The notes: generated from the letters alone by a model not told the origin. 56,354 bases of DNA from Girardia tigrina (GCA_001938485.1 MQRK01237215.1:1-56354); one strand, 5' to 3'; positions 38,201-53,245 are shown, counted from the first letter of the stretch. Translations and numbers: made by a program.

Positions 38201-41200
38201 TGATGTAATTTATTTCTAGTTTCATCACAATTTACAGAATTGAAGTTTGATTCTAGTCATAAATTACAATCAAGCCCAATATCATTTGATTCAACTGTTC
38301 TCAGCTCAGATCAGTAGTCGTAAAAGATCCAGGATTTTTTTTGTAAAAATTAAAACAGAATAACATTACCCGGTAATTCCGAGTGTACTGTATTATATGA
38401 AAATAAAAGATTGCAGAACATTCAAAACATTAGATCCAAAACTTTATAAGTGGTTCTAGTAAGGAAACTTTCTAAGAAGTCCAATCTTATAAAATATACA
38501 TACACTTTTTGTTTTGGCTAACGTTTAAAAAAGGTTATTTTCAATGAAAGTTAAAAGAAACAACTCATAGGAAACATGGACTACCTATTTAGGGATTCTT
38601 ACTTTAACCAGGGGTTCTAAGAACGTATATTGAACATGATCAGGGATATAATTTAATGAAACCTTTCTCCATTGAGTTCTAAAGTATCATCAACAATTGA
38701 ATTCACTTTTATACGCTATGTTACATTTGTCTCTTGTTAACCGCTTAATCCCAAATTAATAATCACTAAACATTGTAAAAATAATTAACAATAAAAAGAA
38801 CAGAAATAATCAAAACGGTTTTTTTTATTTTTCTATTTTATTCTCTACATATAAAAGACAATGTTAATTCATCAAACTGTTTTCTATTTTTAAACCCTGT
38901 CCTCTGATGGGTTGTAAAGCTAATCAATAGAAATAATAAAAAATATATATATAATTAAAATTATAATTATATTTTAATTTTAATTATTTGTTTTCAAAAA
39001 TCAACATCATGTAAAATTCAAACAAACTAATAAGAGCAATATAAATCAACATTAATTGCACTTAAACAAATGAAAACTAACTTTTTTTACCTGAAAGAAA
39101 ACAAATATTTAAAACGGTAAATATTTGCTAGAACTTACTATCAATTCTTTCTTTTATCTTTATCAAACGAGCGGTTTTCGTCAACTGTGTCATCATAAAT
39201 TTCATGACTTCTTGGTACGAGGTTTCGTTGGGCTGCAGTTGCTCCATGATGTTCCAAATGATGCGCAATTCCCGGGGAGTGATGTCACTCTTTTCACTGA
39301 AATTATTCCCATTAATTATGTATTATTCAATTATTATTATTAATTATTATTATTGTGAGGAATATTTTCGAATGTTGCTTATTGTATGTTGTGTTTGGTA
39401 TATTGTTTTTAGAACTGAGTTTCTCCAACTTAGATGGAAGATTGATATGTTAAATGTTTTGAACAGTTGGATTATTCGGATAATTTTAAAATGTAAATAA
39501 CAATTTTAAAATTAAATTAATATATTTTAATCAATAAATATATAATAATATTAGAATCAAAATACTTTAAATCTATTTGAAAGTGATTTTAAATATTTTA
39601 AAAGTGGATTGTAACGTAAAAATTTATTTAATCATAAATGATGTATTTAAAAGGAATTACAATGTTTTAGAAAATTATTTTAAAATTATTTAGTAAGGAA
39701 TTGTCATTTAAATTTGTTCAAATAATTAGAAGTATAGAAATAGAATTAAAATTTATCGATCAAGAATGACTTCTCACTACGAATATTTTGTGGAGGATTG
39801 TCTTGGAGGTAATTCCAGTTGTGATGTTAATAAAAGTATTGGAAATCATATTAGTGTTCTTAATAATGAAAATTATTATTCTTAATTATTATTATTATTA
39901 TTATTAATATTATTATTTCCGAATTAAAAATATAAAACTTACTGTTTCAATAATTCATAAAATTGATTTTCAGTAAATATTTTCAAATGTCTCTGGTCGA
40001 AATATTTGTAATGCTAAAATAGAAAAAATAATTTCATTTAGAAATAAATTTTTGTCTTGTATTTTTTTTGAAAATAAAAACTAATTAAACATTATTTATC
40101 ATTTCTTTTTTGAATTTTTTATTGACGATTTTCAAAAAAAGACTAAATTTAAATTCAGAAAATAGTAAACTCAACAACATACAATTTTGTAATATAATAA
40201 GTGTATTGTATTAAAATAAATAAAGAAAAAATTATACCAGTTATAATTAAAATTAAATGGTAATTAAAGAATTGATATATAAATTTTATTTTTTTGGATT
40301 ATGTGAACAATGAGAAAATATATGAGGATTTATTATGTTAATGAAAAATAAGTAATTTATAAATATAAAAATACATTTTTGTAAGGGTTAATGATAAATA
40401 AATTATTAAAACAAAAAAATGAAATATTGAATAACTTAAATATTTTTGATATTTTAAATTAAATTAAACGCAAAGAAGTTTCTTCCTTTGAAGTAAAAGA
40501 CGGTTTACTAATATTAAGAAAGTTTTTTATAAGGGGTAAATTGTTCATTATTCCGATACTCTTCCCTTTGTCTCGCGTCTGTAAATCTTATCCAATATAC
40601 ATTAAAATTCAACATATCTAAACTAAGAGGAAAACATAAAAACAATTTTAATTAAAGTTATAAAAGAATTAGGAGAAAAAAATAATAAAATAATTTTATT
40701 GAAAAATGACAAATAAACGACAGTAAGAAGGAAATATTTATTCTTAATTTTGTCTTGTTTCCTCTTCCAGTTTGGTAAGTATAATAAACAAACTGAATAA
40801 TTATTTACCCACAAATATTGAAATTCGGTGTCATATGAACGTCTGATGTCACTGATAAATATAAAATGATAAATACAAATTGTTTCCTCTTTTGTAAATA
40901 ACTTTATTGTCTTATGTGTGACTGCGGAATCTTCCTTAAATAATGATGTAAACCATTTATTTTCCGTTGTATGATATTTATTTTTTTAAATAATTTTTAT
41001 TAAAGCTTTTTTAAGGAAATTGATTATTGCACATATTTCGGAACTTCATATTTCACCATCAGCAATTATAACTTAATATGTAAGATAATAAGATGTTAAT
41101 TAATGGGAGATTTTATCAGTAATTATTATTTTTTAGGATTTCGCTGGACATTAATGTCAAATTTTTTATATTTATTTGAATTAAAGATTTTGAGTATTGA

Positions 41201-44200
41201 GACGGCCTTACTCTCCAATGTATGAGTTTTTAAACCTATTACAAATTAATTGAGAAACCAGATTAACTTGCAATCCATAAAGCATTTTTGATTTATTGGA
41301 GAGGAAAAAACACTTTGATACTACTATTCTTGGTTTAAATCCTTCATAATATAGTATTTTGATTATTTATTTGTGCTTCTCCTTATTTGCTTTTAATTCA
41401 TTTACAAGTCTTTGTAAATTAATTCTCGTCTCATTTAACCGCATTGATTACAATATTTGAATCGATATTCTTATTCAGTGCAATTTTGTCCGATTTCCCC
41501 ATGCTTCCCATTCGCAGTCACTGAATCCATCGTTAACCGACATTATGAATTATTTTTGAAATTTTAATCAGTGATTGGAGTTCATGTTTTTTCTTTGTCC
41601 ATTTGAATGGACCAATAATTGCGATAAAATTGACAGATCAATGTGTGTGTAGTTGTGTTGTGTGCGTGTATATGTGTGATTGGGGAAGAAAAAATGTGTG
41701 CGTGTTTATAAAAAAATGATTTGTTTTGTAAGCATTCATTATTAATGCAATTAAAAAAAATAAAACAATTCGAATAAAAAAAGAAAAATTTTGTTTAAAT
41801 AAAATAATGTGGTAAAATAAAGTTTTGCGAATTTTCGAATTTTGTATTGGTAAATTCAAAATGCAATCAGATATGAGAAAATTTGAAATTAATTCGATTC
41901 AATTGATATTCGAGTGTCTAAAAAATCAAAGATACGTTATTTTGCATGATTCGCGATTGTCTGCCTAATTTTCTAACGATATTTCGCAATTAATTCACAT
42001 TTACGTGACGAAAGATTCGTGACCGAATTTATTACTTTCACTTTTTAACTGTTCTGCGAGTATGCAAGGGGAAATATCAAATCAATCAATTTATCTCTTA
42101 AATCATCCATCAATTTTACGATTTCGCAGATTGTTTTTGGCGATTCGTTTTACTTAACGATTTTTAATTCGAACAAAAGCTTTCGATATTAAATAATCAA
42201 ATTTAATTTTTGTTGAATATATTAATTATCTTTTGTTATGGCGTGACGAGAGATGTGATGTGAAGATAAAAAAAAATTCTGAGGTCTATCAAACAATCTC
42301 CAAATCACATCGAATTGTTTCGATTATCAATGAATATGCACCATCATTTAAGGGAAAAGTTTCATAATTCGTCCGAGACGTCAGATATAATCTCTGGCTA
42401 TTATCTCGTTCACTCTAGTGTTATTCTCAATATGATTTTAAACTCGGTAATTGACGAAAGTCTTTTCTCTTTAGTACCCAGTTTAAAATTCGGTTTGAAA
42501 GTTAAAACAGTAAAAAGATTTGCACGCAAATTTCTCAAAACGATCACACGTAAATTGAAGGAGAATTACGAAATTATTTTTACAAATAAAATTAATTTAC
42601 ATTGACTTTATAATTTGGTTTTTAAAAACGAGATTTTTGACAAAAGAAATATTTTTATGGTATACCGATTCAAGTATTTTCGAGTGTTCAGTAGAAAAAA
42701 CAATTGCTTGAACAGTTCTGTAATCTGGCATATATGATCGCCAATCAGATGATGAATATCCAACTTGAAATACGGGAGTCAATGAACAAAAAACCAGCCT
42801 CTGCTAAGATACAACATTTGTGTACATAATTTTTTAAATGTAACCTTAATGTTGTGATATATCTGTTTGTTTGTGTACATGTTGTCCCTCAAGCGTCCTT
42901 TAAAAATATTTAAACCATGCTCTACGATTTCTAAATTGAAAGACGAATTCCAAACTCTGTGAACTAAGCCCTTTATCATACCATATCTTTATTTTTCTCA
43001 GAAAAACTCTGTGAAGTTGTAGAGAGCCATGCATCCGTTGTCTTTCGGTATACTTCACTTCTATATTTCCCATTCATCCTAGTGACAAGAATTTCAAGAA
43101 AAGGAAGTTTGTTATCTACTCCTGATTCTATAGTGAATTCAATATAAGGATTAAGGCCATTCTAGATTTTTAAAAATCAGAGATTGGTTTTTGAACCTCT
43201 TGTGCAACACAGATTTTCCCCCGGGGTATATACAGATTTTATCCTCAAAGGACTTCATAAAAATTGTTGCTAGCGTTTATGGAAATGGATAACTCATTTT
43301 TCGTTCCTCGTGAGCACCAACATTAGCATTAATATCACCTTAACTTTTCCTTTTTAAGCCTACGGTTTCCAGTCCCTGTTTCGTAAGTATTTTCAAAGTG
43401 TTGCGTCAATGATGGGTAAATTGCAAGGTATCGACATAATAACAAAATTACTGCTTGAGTGTGAAAGACTTTTCAGATTTAAGTATATTAAACAATTTTT
43501 TAAATTTTTACTGTCATGCTTATTATTTGAGTTTATGTTTGTACAAAGTCAGACTGTTTACAATATTAATAAAATTATAAAGATTATTTTTCTTTAATAT
43601 ATGGTGTTTAAAAAACCGCTTTTTCTGTCGATAAACTTGATTTATTCAATTTTTCCCCTTTTTGATTAAATCAAGACAAAATCTTTTAACATAAACAATA
43701 AGAATATAATGCAAAGATATGTTAAATGTTGAAAAATGGATCTTTACACATGATTACCCTAAATATCAATGATATCTTTCAAGTGTTCCTTTAAACGATA
43801 CATCTATTTCGCCAGCTTGAATCTTGTCATCTAGAATTGAAGTAAATTTTCTAAATACACAGCTAAGTCGTCTTTATTTTCAAAGCGTGTTTAATGTCTT
43901 TCAAAATCAAGATTTCGGAATATAAACCGATCAAGCATGGTTCATATCGGGAGAATATGGTGGCTACTTAATAAGTGTGATTCTATGTTGCTCACAAATA
44001 TTCTGGGTGATGACAGCCATGTAAGGGTGATAATTGTCATACATCGATTCCAATATTGGTCCCGCAATATTCAGAATAGAATGCGAAAATTCCACATACA
44101 GCTGAGAGTTAATTATCTGATTACGTTCAAGAATCCGGAATCGGAAATCACTACGAAAGACGTAAGCCACGATTATGGAAAATTTTTCATCCGATATTAT

Positions 44201-47200
44201 TTATCATACTTGGACAGACGTATCACCGTCTGGCGCCACCCAAAACGGAATAATTTCTCGACAGAGTAAAGGATCCGCATAAACCTACTTTTCGTCAACA
44301 ATAACGATGCTTCCTTTCAAATTCTGAATTAGACGTTTTACTTTGTCAAATCTCTGCCGCTTATGGTCTTCAGTTAACTAATGTGGAATCCATTGTGTGT
44401 AAATGCATCTGAGATTTAGATTATCCTTCATGATTCTATACATTGAACTGACATTTATTTCTGTAATGCTGTAAATTCCACTAACAGATAATCTGTTATC
44501 TCCTTCAAAAACATTTCGCACATTCGCTATATTCTCCTCAATCACTTGTGTTTGTGGTTTCCTAGAGCCTTCTTTCCTAATCTACTTACACGCTCGTTTC
44601 TTTTGTACTCTGTAGCAATTTATTGTATCCTTCACAAGCTTTTGACATCTCCACACACATTTACCAAAAATCTGTGGATGTTGACTGCAGAAAACTGGCT
44701 CTTAGATAGAACTCCAACAAGCAAATTAATGTTTTCACTTGTTACATTCATAACTTAAAATTTCACCAATACTGATAAACAGAAATAGTTAATTAAAACA
44801 CTTCAACCAATGTAGTCAAGTTTATATTTAATAATTTTAATGTAAATGTAAGAGTTATTTTTAGTTCAAAGTGTATGTATAAAGAAATATGCATTGGAAT
44901 ATAAAAAACGCGGTTTTATTAAACACCTTATATTTGGGGAGAATATTTTCGTATATTTTCTTGTACGATGTATTTTGTCTACTGTTTATAGTTTTACTCT
45001 TCCTACCCAAGTAGTTCCATAAATTAGATACTATTAATATTAAGTAAATTAAGATTTTATAAGAAAGATAATACAAAAAAAGGGAATTATTTTATTTGGC
45101 ACTGATTTTTCGGAGCCGTTTTTTGTTTAATATCAAAAATTTCTTAAAGGAATAAATTTATTTTAAACTTTTATTAATAATAAACTAATAACAAATTCTT
45201 TTGTATTTTTCGTTTTTAAAAAAATAATTATATTATTTTATCACCGTCACCAAAAAGCGACATCTAAATACCAACGCCAAAAAGGAATTGACCCTAAATA
45301 AATAATAATGAAACTAAATATTTGAAACAGCTGAAGGGAAATCAATTAAACGTGATTTCGATTAGAAAATCGGAAAAAAATTAATGTAATAAAATCAAGT
45401 AATATCAATTGTAAGGATAAAGAACTATTTATATCTATATTATTTTTACTATACTAAGATAACATTTAAAATATTATAATAATGGATCCAAAATATTCTG
45501 AATTAAGTCTCTTGATGATTTTTGTTTTAATAAACAAAAAACGCGCACTTTTTAAATACGAATAAATTTTTGGAAATTTAGACTTTAATATTTATTGATG
45601 GAAAATTCTTACATCAATAAATAGACCAATCATTTAATATTAATTGAAGTTTAATTTAACCTTTTTTAAGATAATTGACTCTCCTTATTGATCCATCCCA
45701 TTGGATAATTAAAAGTACATGCAGATAAGGATATTATCCGAGATTACCAGAAATAACTTGGAGGAACTTGTGCGAACCAGAAAGTTTTCAAGATTTAGTC
45801 TTTCGCTTTAAATTCTTTTTTAATGAGACAATCAAGCATATTTCGTTTCTGTGTTTTGTCTTTCAGTCGACAATAAATTATTTATTTTAGAGTTTTAGAT
45901 TAAAATCTTAAGGTTCATATATCCTTACTCTTCAGTGTCAGGGGAAATTATCAGCCACTATAGTTTGATTGCTTGATTTGCCAAAAAGAACAGTTTCCAA
46001 TATCGCGAATCGAGAGACAGAATATGGACAAGAAGGTGATTGTCTCGATCGAGAAAAAAACTGACAGTGAAGAGATCCAAAAATTGCAAAATTATCAAGA
46101 AGCGCATTATCCCGAATCACATGTGTTAATGACGAAAAATAATTTTCAAACTGGTTTCGTTCATGAATCGGTTCAACTAATTGCCAAAAAGGAGCTTAAT
46201 CTTCACCCATACAAACTTAAACAATAACAAATGCTCACTGATAAGAAAACACTAATTAGATTGTAGAGATTTCGGGAACTGTTCAATCTGAACCCAACTT
46301 CGAATTTCCAACAGATTCTGTTTTAAAAATTGTGATAGAGACTGGAATTTTCGCAACTGGCTTATTATTCAACCCTTATTCAAAAATAAGTAACACCATC
46401 CTAGGAAGCATGAAAATTTTGGAAACCATTTTCATTCCAACTTCAAAAAAGTTAAGCAAAGTTGACAAGATTCCATAGAAATGTTGGAACACCACATAAA
46501 ACACAGGAGATACTCAAGTTAATCTCGGAGCATTTCGGAAAAAGGAGTGATCATTGCGATTGATACGAAAAGATTAGCAGAAGATGAAATAGATCTCATT
46601 CACCAGATCTCAAACCCTAGAGACTTTTTAGGGGGATTTTTTCAAAGATAACGTACCATTTCGGATCTGAAGGAAACATTATTGAGGTCGATCGAATAAA
46701 TTCATATTACTGCTTTCAGGAAAGTTTGTGCAGTGTTCGAGAATCCACTATACTTACACTCGAGGACATTAACAAATATCATCTCATCATCTGCAAAACG
46801 CGATCTTTTAATTAAATTTTAATCAACTTTCGCCAACATGTAGTTCTCATTTGGTAGATTTTTCAAAAACCTCACCCCCGATTTGACTACCATATATAAT
46901 ATTAACCCTTAGTAGCCTGATTAATATGTCATAGATAAGTAATATGTCATAATATAAGCAAGTAATATGTCATAGATAAAATAAAATAATAATGACATTT
47001 GATTTTTTTTAATTTCGTTGGAAAGAATATTATACAACAGTAAAATACGTACAGCCAACCTATAAAAAAAACTAATAGTAATGTGAACATTCGGTTTAAA
47101 AGATTGGTATCAAAATTGAAACTCTAGGTTATTAAGGGTTAATATAATGTTTTATTAATATTTTAGTAAATTAATTGAATTGTAATTTCGTCAAAATAAA

Positions 47201-50200
47201 AATTAGTCAAATATATTTTTTTATTCATTGAGACCCCAGGGTTACCAAAAAAGCCTTCGTTTTGATTTTAAAAGAATCAAATGCTACTCGCCTTGTCGAT
47301 GAAATGAAACCGTCGCTTCAATAATTTTTCAATTTTGATGCACAGGAACAGCAAGTCTCTTGGAGCCATTTCGTATCTTGTTGTATCCCACGATTTTTGG
47401 GTAGACACTTTCACTCTTAACAATAAAAAGTCAAAGAAAAACATTTCAGTTAAATTACGGTGGATATGGACACAAGGGTTTGCATTTGTGACCTCTAAAT
47501 ATTTTACCATTAAATTATTTTCTATTGTAAAATCATTGTTCTCACGGATTACTGAATTGGTATAAAAATGGCTTGTAATAGATTCTTTCGGTTTCGGGAT
47601 CAATTTCCAATTGCTTCAGTAAATCTTGCCATTGTTTTGCGGGAATTTCCTCTCCAAGCACCTGACTTTGTATGGCCTCGCGGAATGCGTTTTGATCCAC
47701 TGTATATTTTGAATCACTTTTCTTCCTGTTAATTTAATAGTTTTCAATATAATATAAGTATAGACATTTTAACTACTTTTATTAATCTTTTAATTTTAAT
47801 ATTTCATAAGAAGTGTACAGTGTATGGTGAAAGTACCCGAACAACAATCATAAAATCAAATAAAATTGAGAATGGGAAAAGATTTAAGAATTGTATTTTA
47901 ACACAATATTCAACAATCATCGTGTTTTTTAATCATTTACGAAACACATCTGTAAATTGTGTTCATTTTAACAAAGATATTTTACGTTAATATTTTGTAA
48001 TTAATTTAATTTTTATCAGTTCAATTTATTGTAATTTTCACTCACTGGCGACAACTATGAGGTACACAATAGTAAATTTTAAAATTGTCTTTTATTTTTT
48101 TTAATTTTTTGAGGCACATGTTGTGCTCCGATAATATGATCGAGAAAATAATAACTGCTCCAAAAAATTAATCACTAATTGTTTTAATAATATAAATTAA
48201 AATTATTACGACAGCGTTTTCTGCATTTATTCACCGTTTGAATGTCGGCACGCTTTCATCGATACAATGACGATCCCTAATCAAACTGTCTATCTCGGCA
48301 AACGTCAGCAACAGATTGGATCGGTCCGATCAAGTTCGATACCGCAGCATTCGGCCCGATGGCGTACTGCTAGTCAACACAACCCCGCCAGTTGAGCTCA
48401 CNNNCGACCGAACTGTCCACTATTCACGGCGGTACTTACCGTCATATGGGTGACCATATTCCACGGGGGGCTGCCGGTTTATACCATCACACCGACCGGT
48501 GACCGACGAGCTTCATGGCTCTCCGAGCGTTATTGACACGCCTTATCATCTTCATCGGGTAGGATCTCTCTACACGATAAGGGGGCGCCAGCTGCCACTG
48601 CTCGATCCGGTGGCCGGCACCACAGCACATAATAAAATTCCAGGATTTATTAGGCAATAGTTGTTGGTGAGGCAACAACAGAAGTATATCGTATTAAATT
48701 ATTATTAGATTTTAAAAATTCTTATAAAATTTGTAGTGTTAAAGCTAATGAACCATTCATTCATAATTTATTAGATTTTTATTAGATTATTCTAAGATTT
48801 TTGTGAGGTTGATATTGACATTAAGAAAAAGAATTCAATTTTATTATACAAACAACAACTCAATTTTTGCAACAACCGATTTTGGAATAGAATTCAGAAC
48901 ATTTTTCAAAACAAGGGTTGAGAAACTTGATTAACAAATTAAAAAAACAATGAGTTAAACGTACTTCCAAGCATTTCAGAGGAAACAGTGGCTCAGGGGT
49001 TTTAATCAAATAATACAATTGAAGAAATACATCTTGCACAAGGATAAAAGTCAGACATTTGGATATTCCTAAGTCAAAACTTTAGGAAGTACTCACAGAA
49101 CTAAAATGTCATTTATAAAATATCACAAGAGTGCAAGCAGTTAAAAAGGTGGATTCACATTCGACATATGATTTAGCTTCACAAGTTATTGTCTAAATGG
49201 AAAAATAATAATTTGCATTGCAATATTTAATAGGATATTTTTATAAAGCATATTTCTCCCTAATCAGCCAAATCTTTATATAGATATACAGTGAAAACTG
49301 TTTTAGTGATCACCACTTAAGAGTGGCCGCCTTGATGTACGCACTGTATCTGCAGCAACCTTTAATGTATGCTCTGGCGCTGACTTTGACTTATAAACAG
49401 AACTTCGGATATAATCGCCAGCCGGTTATAGTGGCAAAATCTTGCTGGACGAATGTGGCCACGATACGCGGCTTTCACTGTATATAATATATAAGCAGTG
49501 CCTTTTACAATGTAAATTATATAATATATATTCCAATGTAAATGTATTGCTTAAAAGTATTGCTTTTGTTTATACTTCAGATGTGATAACACAGGTTAAT
49601 CGACAGTAGCTCCAACACATTAAAACTTGTCTTCGAAACAACTAAAGTCATGTAAAGCAAATGTAAGCAAAATTGTGTTTTCTCAAAACAATTAATATAT
49701 TTCTAAACCTTTAACCGTCCTCTGTGTGTTGTATACAAAACCTAATCAAAAAGTAAGAAAATTCTTATGGAAATTAAAAACATAAATAATATGAAAAAAC
49801 GAAACGAATTTTAAAGATATAAATAAATTTAAATTAAATGTTCTAAAAAATTAAAATTTTCCAAAAAACTTAAAATTTTACGAACTGAAGTTCTTCCATA
49901 AGTTTCATGTACGGTCCATGTAAAATCTTGATAAAATGCTTCTCCATTTCTGATGGGGACATTGTGGTCAACGTTTTCAAGCCTATGTCTTCATACTGAC
50001 TAGAAACCAGGATTAGTCAAAAATAATATGAAAAGTAATAAACAAATACGTTTTAATAATAAGCTTGATAGCCCGGTCTGTGTAACTCAATTCAGGTTTC
50101 GTTTGATATTTCGTCAATAATTTGTGGTATTTGACAAAATTATGACCGAATATACACCCCGTATCTTTTAGAAAAGTAGTAAAGTCTTTCAAAGTCACTG

Positions 50201-53200
50201 AGAATCCATATTCCAGAAAAATTTCTAAAGCTTCTTCTATTGTTATTTTTCCTCTATTTCGGTCATCATAATGACTGAATACAACGAGCATAGCTTGATA
50301 TGGAGCTTCAAACTTAAAGGAATATAATTATAAATGTTATTTGCAAAGGTAAATATTTTTTTTCAATATTAATGTTTATATGCTTTGAAATATTTATTCA
50401 TTTTTAACTATACAATTTAGTTGTATTTAATTTAGAACTAACTTTATAATGCAGAGGCAGGCGACCTATCACACTTTAAAGACCGTTTAATGAGAAGAAA
50501 ATAAGAGACAAAGTGCAATTTATTTTACTCAATTTAATCAAGAACAAATGTTCAATAAAAAGTAAAAGTCCGTAAGCTGTGATAACAACCACCTCTAACA
50601 TGAATCAAGGAAACCCTTAATCGAGCGGATAGAAATGTTGCTGATCGATAAGCATTGCATGACCAGTGCAACTAGGGATTCCAATCCAGGTTTATTTGAA
50701 AATAATTCAGAGGTTATTGTTTAGGGAATAGAAACTAACAAACAAAATTTTATGAAAAGTGCTTTATTAAATGTGAAAAAATTACAGGGTTTTTTAGGGT
50801 TATAAATTCATTATTCAATTTTTTTATAAGTATGAAAAATCAAATAAATAAAAAATAAAATAAAGCATAGTGATAGCAAAATAAATAATGTAACTTCATT
50901 TTATTATATAAAAAATTCTTTTCTTACAGCTTTCTCAAGCCACCTCTGCATTGACCTATAAAAACCTTGACATTGCTCAGAATAACAATTGGTTTCACAT
51001 AATATGTAATTTTAAGCATCTTCCACACTTATGTCACTGATGTCTGTTTTTAAACTCCTAAACTTTGCTTTAATCATGCTAAAAAACTCCTCAATAGGAT
51101 TCAACTGAGGAGACCACGGGGATAAGTATTCTTTACTTATTCTATTTCTGTGCAAAGCTTCGGTTACCAACCTGGATCTATGAAAAAGTACATTATCGAT
51201 AATCAATGTATTGTCAGAATGTAAATCAAAATAAGGGGCCAACTTGGTGTCAATAAAAGACACAAGTAGCTCAGCATTGTAAGCACCTGCTTTATAATCA
51301 TAGGCAGCAGGACTGTTAATATTTATAGGACAAAGTAGTCTTTTATTAATATTACGGTTTCCTGGTACAGTTATGAATGCCTTTCAATAAACCAACAAAC
51401 AGATATTTATATATATATATATATATATATATNNNNNNNNNNNNNNNNNNNNNNNNNNNNNNNNNNNNNNNNNNNNNNNNNNNNNNNNNNNNNNNNNNNN
51501 NNNNNNNNGAAGATGCCGAAATGGTGAAACGCGTTTGTATTGTGAATAAATTTAATATTCAAAAATGGCCTTTCTTTTCATTATTATTAAAAATGCCATT
51601 ATCAGTTCTAGATAATATATATATATAAATATAAATAATTATTATAATAATTATAAATATATATAACTTCCGGTGAATTCGGAACAGTTTTGTTGATTCA
51701 AAATGGACCAGGTGGTTTCAATTATGTTATGAAAACGATTGCTCATGTTCAAAGATGATTCAAGAATTGACATTTTGCAATGTGCAAGGGATTCAAATGG
51801 ACGGGAATGTATATCCTAAATTTTATATTATCACTTTAGATATTGATGAATATATAAGAATTGAATATAGGTTTAGTTTTATTTATTTAATCTTTAAAAA
51901 CTATACAAAATCATAGGGCAATTTCTTTTTTAGTTATCCATTAATACTGGTAATGAAAATTACTATTTATATTTTATATTATTACTTTTTAGTAAAAGAT
52001 AATCACTTATAATTATTACAAATCTTGAAATATTATATATGGTTCGGAGTCTGGAATAATCATTTATCTCAGATAGCAGCCTCAGAACATTCTCAAAAGT
52101 TTTGTATTTTTGAAGAGCTTCTCAATGGACGCGTGAGACACGTAGCGCTAGAATTACTGAAAGCAAGACCCTCTTGTAAGAGTTGCTCTAAAGACGTGTT
52201 TGCTGATCTGCGCCAACCAACCCGGTAATGAATGAAATAATGTTTTTCTTCACATTCAATTAGATACATTTTTATTACTTTTACATTCAAAGCTTCTTTG
52301 AAATTTATTTCAATATGACTTTTAATAATTACTTTTATTCGTATATGTATATTAATTGTTGAAAACCACAAAGTGATGGTATAGATCGTTTTATCCTAAA
52401 TCAAATAACATAGTTAATTTAAAACTCACTATATAATACAAGTTTTCCATAACTGAATCATATCTAGGGTGAGATCCATAAAGAGATTTTAAGCCAGCTA
52501 AATAACGTGTGCCCTTTCCAAGATCTGGTTCATTAGTTCCTCCTGCGCCCTGTGGTACCCATCCATGGTTTCTAGTAATTGGAAAAGAGACTCCTCCTGC
52601 TCCAATATGTTTGTCGTCCTGTAATGAAAGAACCATATTTTATTAATTGCACAGAAAAAAGGCTTTTGTGACATCATCAGAACTTTTCAAACATTTATAA
52701 GTGTCCGTAATCGCAGGTCTTTTCAAGGTATTATTTTCTTTTTTTCGCAATTTCAAGCTTGGCTGTTGGCGAATTCCACACATTGGTCTACCGTTGTCTT
52801 GTAAATTAAGCATCATAAATAAATGTGTCATGGGAATTGATCCAATGTTTAATTTATCAAACCTAAAATATCAAAACCTTTGTTAAATATTTTACTAAAA
52901 ATTCTATGATTTTCCTATTTTTACATTACAACACCATTGTTTCTATGGTTAAGATAATAATAATCATAAAAAATGTTTTTAACGTCAAAGACAACCTTAA
53001 TGAAGTTTATTTTTTAACAATAATTGTGATTATTAGAATAATTATATAAGAGAGGAATCACAAAAGTTCGTAGAAAAGGTCAAAGCACTGTGGCTACATG
53101 TGCATGTGCTACAACTACCTACTGCCTTGTTTGTTTGGTCTTGCAGGTGTCAAAAAATTAGAAAATAGGACAGGCGATAATTCCAATGATTATTCCAGAC

Positions 53201-53245
53201 TCCGAAATATATAATATATATTTCAAGATTCGTAATAATTATAAA

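Noticed and set aside
42316-42352. Degenerate hammerhead downstream of the 42.6-kb Penelope fragment
   Set aside because: 5' core reads TAAATGA and helix II is poor; too decayed to call.
52495-52617. Alternative helical-looking reading frame (LEQEESLFQLLE...) overlapping exon 52430-52618
   Set aside because: Ends in a stop with no phase-compatible splice back into the gene.
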